The notes: generated from the letters alone by a model not told the origin. 64,000 bases of DNA from Microcoleaceae cyanobacterium (GCA_051652765.1 JBOFUV010000071.1:43437-107436); one strand, 5' to 3'. Shown: positions 22,093 to 34,169, counted from the first letter of the stretch. Numbers and translations: made by a program.

Positions 22093-22186
22093 CCCCCTTG
22101 ACTCTTTAAAATTCTTGTTCAGAGTGCAGATTTATCGATAGAATAAAGTTTAGAACTTATTTAATTCTGGGTTTGAAACTGCAGTT

Positions 22187-22276
22187 ATGGATATTCTTTC
22201 TCTCGGCTGGATTGCTGTTCTGGTGGTATTTACGTTCTCTATCTCAATGGTTGTTTGGGCTCGTAATGGTTTCTAA
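22187..22276 (+). CDS. petN: Cytochrome b6f subunit PetN (not in ORF track)
   Basis: Manual translation: [29 protein letters not shown]. Confidence 0.95.
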   Translation: MDILSLGWIAVLVVFTFSISMVVWARNGF

Positions 22277-22545
22277 GATTCTTACACAGTAAGGGTCAGC
22301 CAGAATTCTAGTTGATTTTCAAAGAAACTAGACTGCAGGAATCTTGATACGATTAAAATTCCTACAGTCTGGTTTTAGGGTTTTAACGCTAAGAATGAAG
22401 ATTTAGATAACCTTTGAAACTTTGCAGGTTGGCTAGCCTACGTGACTTGAGATGTTAATCGGGCTATCCCACGTTACTGAACTCGCAAATCTTAGGGTCT
22501 ATTAGTTTAAGGTTCTGACGGGAGGCAAACCAGAAACATCAAGTA

Positions 22546-23391
22546 TCACTCTGCTAACCAGTAAGAACTCCCCTCATAATTCAATTCATTGTGAAGAATG
22601 CGCTCGTAAAGTTCTGGGAGTGAATCTGTCATCACATTGTCTTCAATCCCATACCCCAAGCTTGTCCAGGTTCCAGACAGTAAATCTAAGACTTCATCGA
22701 TTTTACCGCGTCTCAACAGGTGAGTAATGTCTGCATTCCAAAACTCTTTATCGAGCAACCAACGATAGATCACAGTATCCTGGTATTCTGGCTCAAAACT
22801 GTAGGGTTTTCCAGACCAAAACTGAGCTGGCTTAGGATGATAACGCTCTGATAATTTGTCCCAAGTTGGTGTCAGAATCTGATACCGCCCAGCAGCCGTT
22901 GTACAAGCTCCCTTATTCGGCCCGCGCTCAATGACAATACATCGGTCAGGATGATAACTCAAATCGGAAATGTGCATTCCCCCATACAACACATGATAAG
23001 GCTTGCTGTAGTTTGATTCTCCAGCCGAGATTGTCCGCATTAAGGCTCTAACATACGGATCACCCCCCGGCATGGTCAAGGGAGGCCATTTTTCTTCGAT
23101 GGATTGGTCAATTAAACGCCCCCAACTCTCATGAGTCGGCTGGGTAGACTGAGAATACTGCAGGTAGGAGTGCCTCAGCCCTGAAATAGTAACTCCAATG
23201 AGCACCAAATAGACAAGCTGAGACAAACGCCTCAACGCTCTTCGATACCTGGACTTTAACTTCTTGGGCCGATAAGTATATCTGATCTGGGGAACTGGCC
23301 AACTTTCCCACGCGGCTTTAGCTTCCAACCCCGTGCTTGGAATAGAAGGTAAATCAAGATGTTGAGCTTGAGGTTTTCCCGCCCGATTCAT
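22546..23391 (-). CDS. Membrane-anchored lambda-lysozyme-like muramidase/lytic transglycosylase
   Basis: ALMRTISAGES and TAAGRYQIL..TW motifs, WTSL, and an N-terminal TM helix. Confidence 0.8.
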   Translation of the reverse strand: MNRAGKPQAQHLDLPSIPSTGLEAKAAWESWPVPQIRYTYRPKKLKSRYRRALRRLSQLVYLVLIGVTISGLRHSYLQYSQSTQPTHESWGRLIDQSIEEKWPPLTMPGGDPYVRALMRTISAGESNYSKPYHVLYGGMHISDLSYHPDRCIVIERGPNKGACTTAAGRYQILTPTWDKLSERYHPKPAQFWSGKPYSFEPEYQDTVIYRWLLDKEFWNADITHLLRRGKIDEVLDLLSGTWTSLGYGIEDNVMTDSLPELYERILHNELNYEGSSYWLAE

Positions 23392-23395
23392 GCAG

Positions 23396-24055
23396 CTATC
23401 CTACACTAGCGAACATCTGCTCTAAGGGCTGGTTAACAGCCTCAGATTGAGTCACGATCTCAACAATCTTATTACGTGCGGAGGGGATTAACAATGCTTC
23501 AACACAGACCTGAGCCACTTTTTGCCGGGGAATGCTCCCTTCAAACAAAGTATCAGCTCCCTGCATCACCAGCGGGAAGAGAGTATCTTCGTTTTTAAGT
23601 CCTCCTGGGCGAACAATGGTATAGGTCAGACCGCTCTTTTGCAGATAGTCTTCAGCTTGCTTCTTCCAGAGCAGAATCAGCCAGAATAAGTTCAAGGGAT
23701 GAAAGAACTGAGACACACAAAGGGAGGAAACCAATACAAAGTGCTCAGTTCCTTTTACCTTGGCCAAGTTGACTAAGTTTTTAGTTCCTTCGTAATCAAC
23801 ACGGTAAGGGCCTGTGGGGTCAAAGCTAGGGGCAGCTCCCGTTGCACAAAGAATCACCGTACTGTCGCCGACGGCCCTCTCTAAACTCTTGGGTTCTAAT
23901 ACATCGCCCACAATCAGTTCGACTTGGGACGGTAGGATGGTGCGGGCAGTCTCCAAATTCCGAACTAGGGCCCGAACTGGAACATCTCGTCGAACCAATT
24001 CCTCTACAATCCGACGACCTGTTTGACCTGTTGCTCCGGCTACAAATGCTTTCAT
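23396..24055 (-). CDS. NAD(P)-binding atypical SDR (NmrA-like)
   Basis: GATGQTG Rossmann motif and YTIVRPGGL. Confidence 0.9.
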   Translation of the reverse strand: MKAFVAGATGQTGRRIVEELVRRDVPVRALVRNLETARTILPSQVELIVGDVLEPKSLERAVGDSTVILCATGAAPSFDPTGPYRVDYEGTKNLVNLAKVKGTEHFVLVSSLCVSQFFHPLNLFWLILLWKKQAEDYLQKSGLTYTIVRPGGLKNEDTLFPLVMQGADTLFEGSIPRQKVAQVCVEALLIPSARNKIVEIVTQSEAVNQPLEQMFASVG

Positions 24056-24217
24056 CTTTTAAGAATATGCTGAGATATTGCTAGAATTACTGAGAACAAG
24101 AGTTAAGTTGTATCCAGGTGGCCTACTAAAAGTTCAGTATAACTATTGTAGCGGCTGACCTCCTTCAGAGGGCATTCTTAATATAGACACACCCACGAAT
24201 CGTAGGAGAAACTTGAA

Positions 24218-24925
24218 ATGCAACACAACTCAGTGAAATTTCAATCTGTTGCCGTGTCTGAGGAGCTGTTCAGCGACTCATTCTGCTTTCCTCAGCTTGA
24301 GACAACTGCTGATGCTGTGTTCCAGGAGGCTGAACCAATTTGGTTGCGGACTCAATGTGAGGATCGCATGGAAATGTATGCCGATATCAACACTGTCGCC
24401 GAATATTTAGACAATCATCAGGGCTGGTTTCGGCGGTGTGCTGAGCCCATGCAAACTCGCTCAATCAGCGAAAATGCTTATGATCTTCTAATTGGGCGTT
24501 TTGGAGCCCTGGGTTATGCTGTAGAGGTCAGAATTGGACTCGATCTAATCCCCCCCGATGCTGCCGGAGTCTATCGAATCCATACCGTTCCAGTCCCAGG
24601 CTACACAGCTCCAGGATACGAAGTCAACTTTCAATCCACTATGAAACTAGCGGAACTCTCTGTAGAAGACATAGTGTGTCGTCGCGGGTTGAAACCCTCT
24701 GAACGTCCTAGTGTGGTGACCGCAGCTCAATGGAATTTAGATCTTGCCGTTGGGATTCAATTCCCCAAGTTTATCCAGTCAATGTCCAAATCCCTGATTC
24801 AAAAAACCGGGGATGGATTATTAAATCGGATCGTCAAGCAAGTTTCTCGCCAACTTACTTACAAAACTCAACTTGACTTTCATAACACTCAAAATATTGC
24901 TTTTCCCCATCATAAGTATCGCTAG
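24218..24925 (+). CDS. DUF1997-family protein
   Basis: YLDNHQGWFRRCAEPM motif recognised from cyanobacterial DUF1997 proteins. Confidence 0.75.
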   Translation: MQHNSVKFQSVAVSEELFSDSFCFPQLETTADAVFQEAEPIWLRTQCEDRMEMYADINTVAEYLDNHQGWFRRCAEPMQTRSISENAYDLLIGRFGALGYAVEVRIGLDLIPPDAAGVYRIHTVPVPGYTAPGYEVNFQSTMKLAELSVEDIVCRRGLKPSERPSVVTAAQWNLDLAVGIQFPKFIQSMSKSLIQKTGDGLLNRIVKQVSRQLTYKTQLDFHNTQNIAFPHHKYR

Positions 24926-25002
24926 GCGTGAGTTCAGCAATTCTCATTTTGAGGAATGGCTATTCAAGATCTTGAAATGTTGTTACTGTAAAACGATACA
25001 AT

Positions 25003-25018
25003 TGTAAAAATATATACA
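25003..25018. promoter_or_regulatory. Possible NtcA box TGTA-N8-TACA
   Basis: TGTAAAAATATATACA is a perfect consensus match, but no well-placed -10 element is seen. Confidence 0.3.
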
Positions 25019-25177
25019 TGATCCAGGAATCACTGAGATGTGTGGGCTGTTTAACACAGTTGTAGGTTTTTTCGCCAAGTGCTGGCATCGCTACCAAACA
25101 AGCGCACTAGCAGAACTGTCTACTCTGGAATCTTGGACAATGGTCTAACAACGGTTTGACAAAGATTTGACAACAGT

Positions 25178-25591
25178 TTGAAATTAAGGGCAATTGAAGT
25201 GGCAGAAAGTTTTGAGCAACAAGCTGGGAATCGCCGCAAGCGGTTGATTCGGATTTTTACATTGGTCTCCCTGGCCGCATTTATCGGGCAGACTGCATTT
25301 TCTAGCATTCAAACCTTTCGAGGGGCTCTAAATCAGCCCGATCCCGCAGAACAAGCCCAAACCCAGGCCAATAGCCAGCAAGCCGAGTTACAGGCCCAAG
25401 AGCGAGGCTACAAAGCTGTTCTGGCCCGAGAACCCGAGAACCCGACTGCATTAGAGGGATTGGCCAATGTCCGGATTCAGATGAATAATCCCCAAGGTGC
25501 GATTGAATCCCTGGAAAAATTGATTCAGATCTATCCCAATCGAGAAGATTATAAGGCATTGTTAGAGCAGGTCAAAGCTCCAAATCCCTAA
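25178..25591 (+). CDS. Small membrane-anchored TPR protein
   Basis: TM helix followed by TPR-like EPENPTALEGLA...AIESLEKLIQIYP; start codon uncertain. Confidence 0.75.
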   Translation: MKLRAIEVAESFEQQAGNRRKRLIRIFTLVSLAAFIGQTAFSSIQTFRGALNQPDPAEQAQTQANSQQAELQAQERGYKAVLAREPENPTALEGLANVRIQMNNPQGAIESLEKLIQIYPNREDYKALLEQVKAPNP

Positions 25592-25752
25592 CCTTTACCC
25601 CGATTTACGGTTTAACCCATTAAGGTTTAATTGGCCTATTTTTTGGGGATAGCATTCAACAACCTGACAGTAAAACTGCTTCAAAGCCTGAACATAACTG
25701 GGATCATTAAACAGTTGCTCGGTAACATTCCGTCAATAAAACTTCTTCCGAA

Positions 25753-27102
25753 TCAATAAAATTTTTTGTTAGAGGTCTGATAGTGAAAACGCGCAATCTC
25801 TAGGTTTTTTAAAATCAGAGGTTCTTCTGGTTGTAACTTTAACGCAGTCTGATAGGCTTCGATCGCTTCCTCAAGTCGATGTTGATCGAGGAGAATATTA
25901 CCTAAATTTAAATGGCTGCCCCAAAAGTAAGGACTCGTGGCGATCGCTGCTCGATAATACATTTCGGCTTCTGCAAATTCACTGCGTTGATACCAAATAT
26001 TTCCTAGATTATTGTAAGCATTAATTAAACTTGGCTCTAGTTCAATAGCTTTTTGATAGGCTGAAATTGCCTGCCCTAGCTGATTCATTTTCTCTAGACA
26101 GAGTCCGATGTAATAATGAACATTACCTTCTGAAGGTTCTAACTCTGCTGACTTCACTAGAGCTTTTAGTGAGGCTTCGTAGTCTTCAAAATCATAGTGC
26201 AGAATTCCTAAATTCAACCAGGCTTCAGCATGATCAGGTTGAAGCTCTAAAATATTTTGATATATCTGTTTGGCTGACTCTAATTCTCCCTGTTCATGGC
26301 AGGTAATTGCTGCTTGATAGAGATCGTTCAATTGCTGTTCGGGTGCTGGATTGATCTCTAAGTTTTGAAGACTAAAAATTACATCCGGTTGACGTTGTTC
26401 TAATAAAGTTGAAATCGGATAGTTTTCTGTTCTATTAATATCCCAACTTAAGATTAAAATTTCTGGCTGTGTTTGGTCTAAGTTGGTTTTGATTGGAAAT
26501 TCCAGCAAAACCTGACCTTCTGGATGAATGGCCAGAAAATCCCAAACCGCTTGCCTAACCATAAGTTGATCAGCCCAATTCATTAAAATCAATGCTTGGC
26601 TTGCCAGGGAAGACTGAACCAACAGTAAACTGACCAAAACCGAACGATAGTCAGTTTCCCCAGTGTAGAAAAAAACTCCAATCTTGCTCTGAGTCTCAAA
26701 TTTGCGAAATTCCAGCAGAAACTCTTCAAAGTCATAGCCACAAAAGACAACCTGTTCTTCTAGACCAAATTGCTGTAAGTTACTGATCAGTTGCTCTAAG
26801 TGTTGCTCTTCTTGCTGAGGGTTAGAAACGCTCCCGACTACATAGGCCAAATGCTCAGACTGGTTCAAAAGAGCGCCAATCAAGGTTGCACCCTGGGGTT
26901 GTGTGCCGATTTCGCAGTAGACCTCGTTAGGTTCCAAGCATGTAATAGCATTGTTGAGAAGTTGCAGGAGATTGGTTAGAATGTCTTCACAACCGATTTG
27001 TTCAAGCAGTTGCTGAAATTGAGATGGCTTTGACTGCGTAGAGCCTTTTCTCCATTCTGCACTGAAGCTTGAAAGTTGCTGAGTAAATCTTGAATAGTCC
27101 AT
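25753..27102 (-). CDS. Degenerate methyltransferase-like domain fused to TPR repeats
   Basis: EVYCEIGT..GATLIGAL N-terminal domain and about 5 C-terminal TPRs. Confidence 0.8.
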   Translation of the reverse strand: MDYSRFTQQLSSFSAEWRKGSTQSKPSQFQQLLEQIGCEDILTNLLQLLNNAITCLEPNEVYCEIGTQPQGATLIGALLNQSEHLAYVVGSVSNPQQEEQHLEQLISNLQQFGLEEQVVFCGYDFEEFLLEFRKFETQSKIGVFFYTGETDYRSVLVSLLLVQSSLASQALILMNWADQLMVRQAVWDFLAIHPEGQVLLEFPIKTNLDQTQPEILILSWDINRTENYPISTLLEQRQPDVIFSLQNLEINPAPEQQLNDLYQAAITCHEQGELESAKQIYQNILELQPDHAEAWLNLGILHYDFEDYEASLKALVKSAELEPSEGNVHYYIGLCLEKMNQLGQAISAYQKAIELEPSLINAYNNLGNIWYQRSEFAEAEMYYRAAIATSPYFWGSHLNLGNILLDQHRLEEAIEAYQTALKLQPEEPLILKNLEIARFHYQTSNKKFY

Positions 27103-27402
27103 TCTATACTGGGGTGACTTTAGAAACTTTCACAAGAAACAATCAATATTGCGTAGCTACTTAACTCACGTACTTTATCACTTAAAGTCTGTTTTAGAAA
27201 GAGATGATTAGTTTTCCTGAAAAGTTGGGTAGGTTTCTACTATTGCTTCTCTAGATAATAGATAAAAAAATAGTTACAGTATTTTCCCAATAATGTAAGA
27301 CGATAAATTTTATAAGAACTATTTTGCCAACTGCGAGCGTAATAGTTTGTTTTGTAAATTGCTATATCAGTACTGTTAGTAACAAGAGCCGAAGAATATT
27401 TT

Positions 27403-30400
27403 ATGTCTGACTCTGATCTTGATAAGCTTATCCCTCCCGAAATCAAGCACGATGATTTCTACAGAGCAATACAGAAAATTGCTAGAGAAGAAAATATTAA
27501 AACTATTTTAGAGATAGGCTCTTCTTCAGGAGGAGGTAGTACTGAAGCATTTGTATCAGGCTTACGGGAGAACCCAAATAAACCAACTTTATTTTGCATG
27601 GAGGTTTCACAAGCTAGATTTTCAGAGTTGCAAAAAGCTTATGAGCAGGATGAATTTGTCAAGTGTTACAACACTTCATCTGTTTCGATAGAAAAGTTTC
27701 CAAGCAGAGAAGAAGTAACTAAATTTTACCAAACAAAACAGACAGGTCTAAATCATTATCCTCTAGAAACTATTCTGGATTGGTTGAGGCAAGATATTGA
27801 ATATATCAAGGCATCTGAGACTGATACTAATGGTATTTACATAGTCAAGTTAGACAACGATATAGATTTTTTTGACGTAGTTTTAATTGATGGATCAGAA
27901 TTCACAGGGAATGCAGAGATAGAGGAAATTTATGGTGCAAAGTTTATATTGCTAGATGATATCAACACGTTTAAGAACTTTAACAATTATCAAAGACTTT
28001 CTCATGACTCAGGTTATGAGCTACTAGAAGAAAATTTTAATCTTCGGAATGGTTATGCAATTTTCAAGAGGAAGATTTACTCATTTACAACTGAGCAAGC
28101 AGAGCAGATGTTGGTTCGAAGTCTGGTTCGACCCAAAATGACAGTTTTTGATGTTGGTGCGAATATTGGAGACTACACTCGACTCTTCAGCGAACTAGTT
28201 AGCGGAGAAGGCATCGTCTACGCCTTTGAGCCTACATCGAGCACCTTCGAAAAGCTAAGTCGATTAATAGAAATATCTGGGTATAACAACGTAACTCTAA
28301 TTCAGAAAGCAGTTTATTCTCAGGATGGCAGTGTTGAATTCAATGAGTTTTCAGAAGAGTACTCAGTCTGGAATAGTATTGGTCAACCTCAAATGCCTGA
28401 CCCAAATCATGGAGAAAGCTACATTCCATTTGTCAGGACAGAACTTGTCAATGCTATCACTCTCGATTCTTTTTGCAAGGAAAAGAGTATCAAGTCAATT
28501 GATTATCTTAAGCTAGATGTTGAGGGTGTCGAACTAGATGCATTAATGGGTTGTATTCACCTTCTAGATAAAAAATCAATTCGATTTATCCAGTTTGAAA
28601 TCTCCCATAAAATGCTGGAGGGGTTGGGAAGGAAAGCTCGTGAAACTTTTCAAATTCTGGAAGAATATGGTTATGAATGTCATTCTATAGCGCCAAATGG
28701 AGATATTGGAGAGAGAGTAACGGACTCAGATTCCTTCTATGAAAACTACATTGCTTTCCCTGAATTGCCAATTCATTTCTTTACAATTGTTCTCAACGGT
28801 GAACCTTTTATCCAATATCATATCAATGCTTTTAAACAACTTCCTTTTAAGTGGTATTGGCATATCATTGAAGGAGTTGCCGATCTAAAGCATGATACAG
28901 CTTGGAGTACCCAACTTGGGGGTAAAGTGACTGATGAATTTCATCATAACGGTTTAAGCAAGGATAGAACTTCTGAATATTTAGATGAGTTAGTGAAGCA
29001 ATATCCAGATAATGTGACAGTCTATCGTAAGTCAAACGGTGAATTTTGGGATGGAAAGCGAGAGATGGTGAATGCTCCGCTTGAGAATATTCAGGAAGAA
29101 TGCTTGCTGTGGCAAGTTGATGTTGATGAGTTGTGGACTGTCGAGCAGATTTGCAATGCCCGAAACTTATTTATTAAGAATCCAGATAAAACAGCCGCTT
29201 TTTACTGGTGTTGGTATTTCGTTGGTAAGAATTTAGTCATTAGTACTCGAAATTGTTATGCTCAAAATCCTCAACAAGATTGGTTGAGAACCTGGCGATT
29301 TAAACCAGGAGCATTCTGGGCAGCCCATGAACCTCCTGTTTTAGCCGAAAATTTTGCATCGAATCAACAGAGAAATATTGCTGCTGTCAATCCATTTCTT
29401 CATAATGAAACTGAGAAAGAAGGACTAATTTTTCAACACTTTGCCTATGTCACCCCTGAACAATTAGAGTTTAAAGAGCAGTATTATGGCTACAAAAATG
29501 CTGTTCAACAATGGAAAACTTTGCAGTCAGTCTCTCAATTTCCTGTTCCTCTGAGAGATTACTTTGGTTGGGTGGCTGACAATACAATGGTTGACACTGC
29601 TATGGCGTGCGGAGTAAGTCCCATTGCGCGCAAACAAGTAGAACATTGGGAGTTTGTAGAGCCAGTAATTATACAAAAGAAGGAAAGACAATCACCAACA
29701 ATTGTGATAGATGGTGTATTTTTTCAGCTTTATAATACAGGAATTGCACGAGTTTGGAAATCTCTACTTGAAGAGTGGGCAAAAACAGATTTCTCTCAAC
29801 ATATTGTTGTACTAAATCGAGTGGGAACTGCACCAAAGATTCCAGGAATTTGGTATCGAGAAATTCCCGCCTATGATTATTCTCAAACTGATGCAGATCG
29901 AGCTATGTTACAGCAAGTTTGTGATGAAGAAAGGGCTGATATTTTCATCTCAACTTACTACACAACGCCAATTTCTACCCCTTCTGTGTTTATGGCTTAT
30001 GATATGATTCCAGAAGTTTTAGGTGCTGATTTTAATGAACCCATGTGGCGAGAAAAACACTACGGAATTAATCATGCTTCGAGTTACCTAGCGATTTCCC
30101 AGAACACAGCAGATGACTTGGTTAAATCTTTCCCAGAAATCCCTGCTGATCAGGTAACAGTTGCTCATTGCGGCGTTTCCAATCATTTCTTCCCAGCTAA
30201 TCTGCAAGAGATCTACCAATTTAAAAATAAGTACGGGATCACTAAGCCCTATTTTGTTCTGGTTGGAGTTGGCAGTGACTATAAAAATGCAGAACTATTC
30301 TTTCAAGCATTCAGTCAACTACCTAGCCGTCAGGGGTTTGAAATCATTTGCACAGGTAGTGGGTATCTTTTAGCCAGTGAATATCGACAGTTCACCAGCG

Positions 30401-31152
30401 GCACCGTAGTTCATGCCTTGCAGCTCAGTGATGAAGAATTGCGCTGGGCATATGCCGGAGCGATCGCCTTGATTTATCCATCTCGCTACGAAGGGTTTGG
30501 ATTACCGATTGTGGAAGCGATGGCTTGTGGTTGTCCTGTTATCACTTGTCCCAATGCTTCTATTCCAGAAGTAGCTGGTGAAGCCGCAATTTATGTCAAT
30601 GATACAGATATTGCAGGCATGGCAAATGCCCTTTGTGAGGTGCAGAAACCAGGAGTTTATAACTCTCTAGTTTCAGCGGGCTTAGAACAGTCCAAGAAGT
30701 TTTCCTGGACAAAGATGGCAGAAAAAGTTAGCTCAGCCCTGATCAATGCAACGATTTTACACCTGAATCTTAATGAGATTAATTGGATTATTTTTCCAGA
30801 CTGGTCGCAAGATGAGGAAACTCTAGGTCAAGAAATAAAGCAGGTGATTCAGGCGATCGCAACCCACCCAGACAAAAAGAAAATAACATTATTAATCGAC
30901 AACACAGGCATTTCTAATGAAGATGCTGATTTACTGTTATCAAGTATTGTCATGAATCTTTTGATGGAAGAAGAGCTTGATGTTTCTACAGGGCCAGAAA
31001 TTTCACTGATTGGACAGTTGAGTGAGATTCAATGGTCGCTGCTAGTTTCTTATTTAGCAGGTCGAATCGCACTAGATCATGAAAATCCAGTAGCGATCGC
31101 ACAAGCAAACGTAGAGAATCTAGCTAAGATTGGATTAGACAGCTTAAGCTAA
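27403..31152 (+). CDS. Multidomain methyltransferase/FkbM/glycosyltransferase fusion
   Basis: [12 protein letters not shown]; FkbM motifs [23 protein letters not shown]-like VDVDE; GT4 [18 protein letters not shown]. Confidence 0.88.
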   Translation: MSDSDLDKLIPPEIKHDDFYRAIQKIAREENIKTILEIGSSSGGGSTEAFVSGLRENPNKPTLFCMEVSQARFSELQKAYEQDEFVKCYNTSSVSIEKFPSREEVTKFYQTKQTGLNHYPLETILDWLRQDIEYIKASETDTNGIYIVKLDNDIDFFDVVLIDGSEFTGNAEIEEIYGAKFILLDDINTFKNFNNYQRLSHDSGYELLEENFNLRNGYAIFKRKIYSFTTEQAEQMLVRSLVRPKMTVFDVGANIGDYTRLFSELVSGEGIVYAFEPTSSTFEKLSRLIEISGYNNVTLIQKAVYSQDGSVEFNEFSEEYSVWNSIGQPQMPDPNHGESYIPFVRTELVNAITLDSFCKEKSIKSIDYLKLDVEGVELDALMGCIHLLDKKSIRFIQFEISHKMLEGLGRKARETFQILEEYGYECHSIAPNGDIGERVTDSDSFYENYIAFPELPIHFFTIVLNGEPFIQYHINAFKQLPFKWYWHIIEGVADLKHDTAWSTQLGGKVTDEFHHNGLSKDRTSEYLDELVKQYPDNVTVYRKSNGEFWDGKREMVNAPLENIQEECLLWQVDVDELWTVEQICNARNLFIKNPDKTAAFYWCWYFVGKNLVISTRNCYAQNPQQDWLRTWRFKPGAFWAAHEPPVLAENFASNQQRNIAAVNPFLHNETEKEGLIFQHFAYVTPEQLEFKEQYYGYKNAVQQWKTLQSVSQFPVPLRDYFGWVADNTMVDTAMACGVSPIARKQVEHWEFVEPVIIQKKERQSPTIVIDGVFFQLYNTGIARVWKSLLEEWAKTDFSQHIVVLNRVGTAPKIPGIWYREIPAYDYSQTDADRAMLQQVCDEERADIFISTYYTTPISTPSVFMAYDMIPEVLGADFNEPMWREKHYGINHASSYLAISQNTADDLVKSFPEIPADQVTVAHCGVSNHFFPANLQEIYQFKNKYGITKPYFVLVGVGSDYKNAELFFQAFSQLPSRQGFEIICTGSGYLLASEYRQFTSGTVVHALQLSDEELRWAYAGAIALIYPSRYEGFGLPIVEAMACGCPVITCPNASIPEVAGEAAIYVNDTDIAGMANALCEVQKPGVYNSLVSAGLEQSKKFSWTKMAEKVSSALINATILHLNLNEINWIIFPDWSQDEETLGQEIKQVIQAIATHPDKKKITLLIDNTGISNEDADLLLSSIVMNLLMEEELDVSTGPEISLIGQLSEIQWSLLVSYLAGRIALDHENPVAIAQANVENLAKIGLDSLS

Positions 31153-31158
31153 AAAACG

Positions 31159-31779
31159 ATGACCTCAATCTCTACCCAAAAATTAACCTTTATCGAATTT
31201 TTAGAACAGTGCCCTGATGGTTTTGGACGGCATGAACTAGTCAATGGAGAACTCATTAAAGTGCAACCTACTCGCGCTCACAAGAATGTTGCTCGGTTTC
31301 TGGTGCGTTGTTTTGATCAAGAAAGTGAGCGCCTAAATTTAGACTATATTGTTGATAAAGATATTCTCGTTAAAACAGCTACTCAAATGGGAGAAGAGCA
31401 AGGAAGAAATCCTGATGTTGGAGTTGTCAAAGCGATAGTTTGGAATAGTAATGTACGAGCTTATGGTGCATTGATTGAGCCCATCCAGTTGGCTGTAGAA
31501 GTGGTTTCAACTAATTGGGAGGATGATTACATCGATAAGCGAGATGAATATCAGCGCTTAGGAATTCCTGAATACTGGATTGTAGATTACTTAGCAATTG
31601 GTTCCCGTTCTTTTCTGGGCTATCCAAAACAACCAAAAGTCTTTGTCCATCAGTTGATTCAGGGAGAATATCAGGTTCAGCCTTTTGCAGGCAGTGATCG
31701 AATTATTTCTCTAACTTTTCCAGAGTTAGAACTGACCTGTACTCAAGTATTTGCATCAAGCCAGATTCAGGAGTTATAG
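31159..31779 (+). CDS. Uma2-family endonuclease
   Basis: ELVNGEL, RNPDV, LAVEVVS and YQRLGIPEYWIVD motifs. Confidence 0.9.
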   Translation: MTSISTQKLTFIEFLEQCPDGFGRHELVNGELIKVQPTRAHKNVARFLVRCFDQESERLNLDYIVDKDILVKTATQMGEEQGRNPDVGVVKAIVWNSNVRAYGALIEPIQLAVEVVSTNWEDDYIDKRDEYQRLGIPEYWIVDYLAIGSRSFLGYPKQPKVFVHQLIQGEYQVQPFAGSDRIISLTFPELELTCTQVFASSQIQEL

Positions 31780-31787
31780 ATAGTGCC

Positions 31788-34019
31788 CTAACCCTGAGAA
31801 TCCAAATAAATTTTCCACATTTGTTGATAAGCATTCTCCATCTCACGAGTGAATTGTTTCCCATTCCACAGTGGAGCAGTTTGTCGAGATTTTTTTAATT
31901 TCCAAGAAATTTGTTGGCGCAAGTTTTCATCTCGGCCTAAACGAATCCCCCACTCAATATATTCTTCATCTGTCCAGGCAATTCCTTCTGTAATTCCAGC
32001 ATTAACCATCATTGTGTAGCTATTACGGCTAGCAAACTGTTGTCCTACGCGAGTTACTAATGGAATTCCCATCCAAAGTGTTTCCATCGTTGTTGTTGCG
32101 CCATTATAAGGATAGGTATCAAGGACAACATCAGCTATTATCAAATCTGCTCGATGAGTTGCCTCAGAGGCAGAAAAAGGAATTAACTTGAGGCGATCGC
32201 TATTTACACCCTCTGCATCAGCAATATCTGCATAGAACGTTTTGATCGCTTCTTGGTCGGCTACGCCTTTAATTAAAAAATAGCTATTCGGAACTTCTGC
32301 CAAAATTTTCATTTGGAGTTGAGCAGTGCTGGGATTATATTTGTATCCTCGTTGAGTTACAAGATAAGTCACGGCACTATCAGGAATCCCCAACTCGCTT
32401 CGTCGCAACTGAGAAATTCCAACTTCAAAACCATCCACTGCAATGTAAGTTTGGGGTAAGCGCCAGATCTTCTCCGCATAGTATTCTTGAGCTGATTCAG
32501 GTAAAACGTAAGGGTCAGCAATATAATAATCTACAGTAGAAACACTTGAAGCATCCCATCCCAGCCAAGTCACTTGAACAGGCGCAGGTTTAATTGCCAT
32601 CACTTCACAGGAATTAGTTAATGTAATACTGTCTAAATCTACCAGGATATCAATTTCATCCTCGGCTATTTGTTCAGCAATTTCCTCACTATCAATTGCA
32701 AACTGGTAAGCTTTGTCTGCTTTAGTTAAATACCATTGTTGCAAATCACTAGGCTGAGTTTCAGCAGCAAAGAGGTAGGCATGAATTTTGAACTTTTCAT
32801 GATCATGATGCTGAAAAATCCAACGGGCTAACCAACCCACAGAATGATTTTTTAAACAGTGAGAAAGATAACCAATTTTTAAGCATTTATCAGAGGAACC
32901 AGAACTGGGTAGATGTGATTGCCACTGACGACATTTCTTAACTGTATCACGGGAATTTCGTTCGATATTAATTTGAGCAACTGCAGCAACTTCACGACGG
33001 ATCTCTACATTCTCTTGAGGAGAATCTTGAAAATAAGGAAAGAAAAATGTAGCTGAAAACAGACGAATTGCGCTTGCTGGAGAAAGGTTGCTTGGTTTTT
33101 CTTGAAACAACTCTTCAAGCAAGTTCTTCTGATGTTCCATGGCAGTATAAAACTCTTGCCAATGATTTCCTTTACTCATGAAACTCCGCATGATTAGTGC
33201 ATTTGCAGTCACTTTGTCGGCAAGGGTTACCATCGCATCGTAACAGCGCTGAGCAGTTTCTATTCCCTGTTCATACTCTCCAATATCCTGATAAAAAGAA
33301 GTCAAGCACCGCAATAACTCAGGATGTCTTGGATCAAGAATTAGCCCTTGCTCTGTAAACTTTATTGCCAGACGATGCTGCTTATCTGAATACGCAATTT
33401 TATAAATGAATGGAATTAGAATGTTTATGAATCCTGGAACATCTTCAATATATGGAATACTAGCTGCAACGAGTTCATAGGAAGAATCCGCTAAATAGGT
33501 ATAATCGAGGACATTATTAATAACTTGCAGTAAAAGCTCTGCATTGACAGCGGTAGAGGCTTGAGAATTGAGTTGTTCTATAATGCCATATTCAGTTAAG
33601 TCTTCTGCAGCATAAGTTTTCAGTAATGTTGACAGACCAATAATGTGAAGTAGATTGTTAACATTTTCTGGCTGAATCTCTCGAATATGCTGTCGAATCA
33701 CCCAAGCTACTTTATAGTCCCCCGATTCCCAACGTTGTCGCTCTGCCTCAGTTTGTAAAACCTGAACTAGCTCATTTGTCCATTGATCAATCTCTTTTTC
33801 TTCCCCATCTGCCATTCCTAACAACCAGGTTGTCTGAGCTTCCGCTTCCTGCCCTTGCAACAAAAATGCCAAACCCAGATTCCAATAGTGCGATCTGACA
33901 TCAGACTCTATTTCAATTGCCTGCTCATATAACCGAGCAAATTCAACGTAATTGTTATTGATTAAATGCTGCTGTGCTAGTTGTTGCCAGTCTGGCTTTA
34001 ACGTTGGATGACTAGTCAT
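31788..34019 (-). CDS. O-linked GlcNAc transferase, SPINDLY/GT41 family
   Basis: TPR-like N-terminus, KIGYLS...HSVG, PAPVQVTWLG and LDTYPYNGATTT.ETLWMGIP. Confidence 0.9.
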   Translation of the reverse strand: MTSHPTLKPDWQQLAQQHLINNNYVEFARLYEQAIEIESDVRSHYWNLGLAFLLQGQEAEAQTTWLLGMADGEEKEIDQWTNELVQVLQTEAERQRWESGDYKVAWVIRQHIREIQPENVNNLLHIIGLSTLLKTYAAEDLTEYGIIEQLNSQASTAVNAELLLQVINNVLDYTYLADSSYELVAASIPYIEDVPGFINILIPFIYKIAYSDKQHRLAIKFTEQGLILDPRHPELLRCLTSFYQDIGEYEQGIETAQRCYDAMVTLADKVTANALIMRSFMSKGNHWQEFYTAMEHQKNLLEELFQEKPSNLSPASAIRLFSATFFFPYFQDSPQENVEIRREVAAVAQINIERNSRDTVKKCRQWQSHLPSSGSSDKCLKIGYLSHCLKNHSVGWLARWIFQHHDHEKFKIHAYLFAAETQPSDLQQWYLTKADKAYQFAIDSEEIAEQIAEDEIDILVDLDSITLTNSCEVMAIKPAPVQVTWLGWDASSVSTVDYYIADPYVLPESAQEYYAEKIWRLPQTYIAVDGFEVGISQLRRSELGIPDSAVTYLVTQRGYKYNPSTAQLQMKILAEVPNSYFLIKGVADQEAIKTFYADIADAEGVNSDRLKLIPFSASEATHRADLIIADVVLDTYPYNGATTTMETLWMGIPLVTRVGQQFASRNSYTMMVNAGITEGIAWTDEEYIEWGIRLGRDENLRQQISWKLKKSRQTAPLWNGKQFTREMENAYQQMWKIYLDSQG

Positions 34020-34099
34020 AGATGAGGTGATACGCGGCTAAGCATTCTTTGGCCCCCCAGTATTGGGGCTGGGGGCAAGTGTGTAAGTCCCAATAAACT

Positions 34100-34137
34100 A
34101 AAAACAGGTAGCATCCTAATGAACACTACCTGCTTTT
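34100..34137 (-). terminator. Rho-independent terminator after the pilin gene
   Basis: Minus strand CAGGTAG...CTACCTG stem followed by a T-run. Confidence 0.65.
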
Positions 34138-34169
34138 ATCTGTTCGGATAAGTGACGGTAATTCTTAAG

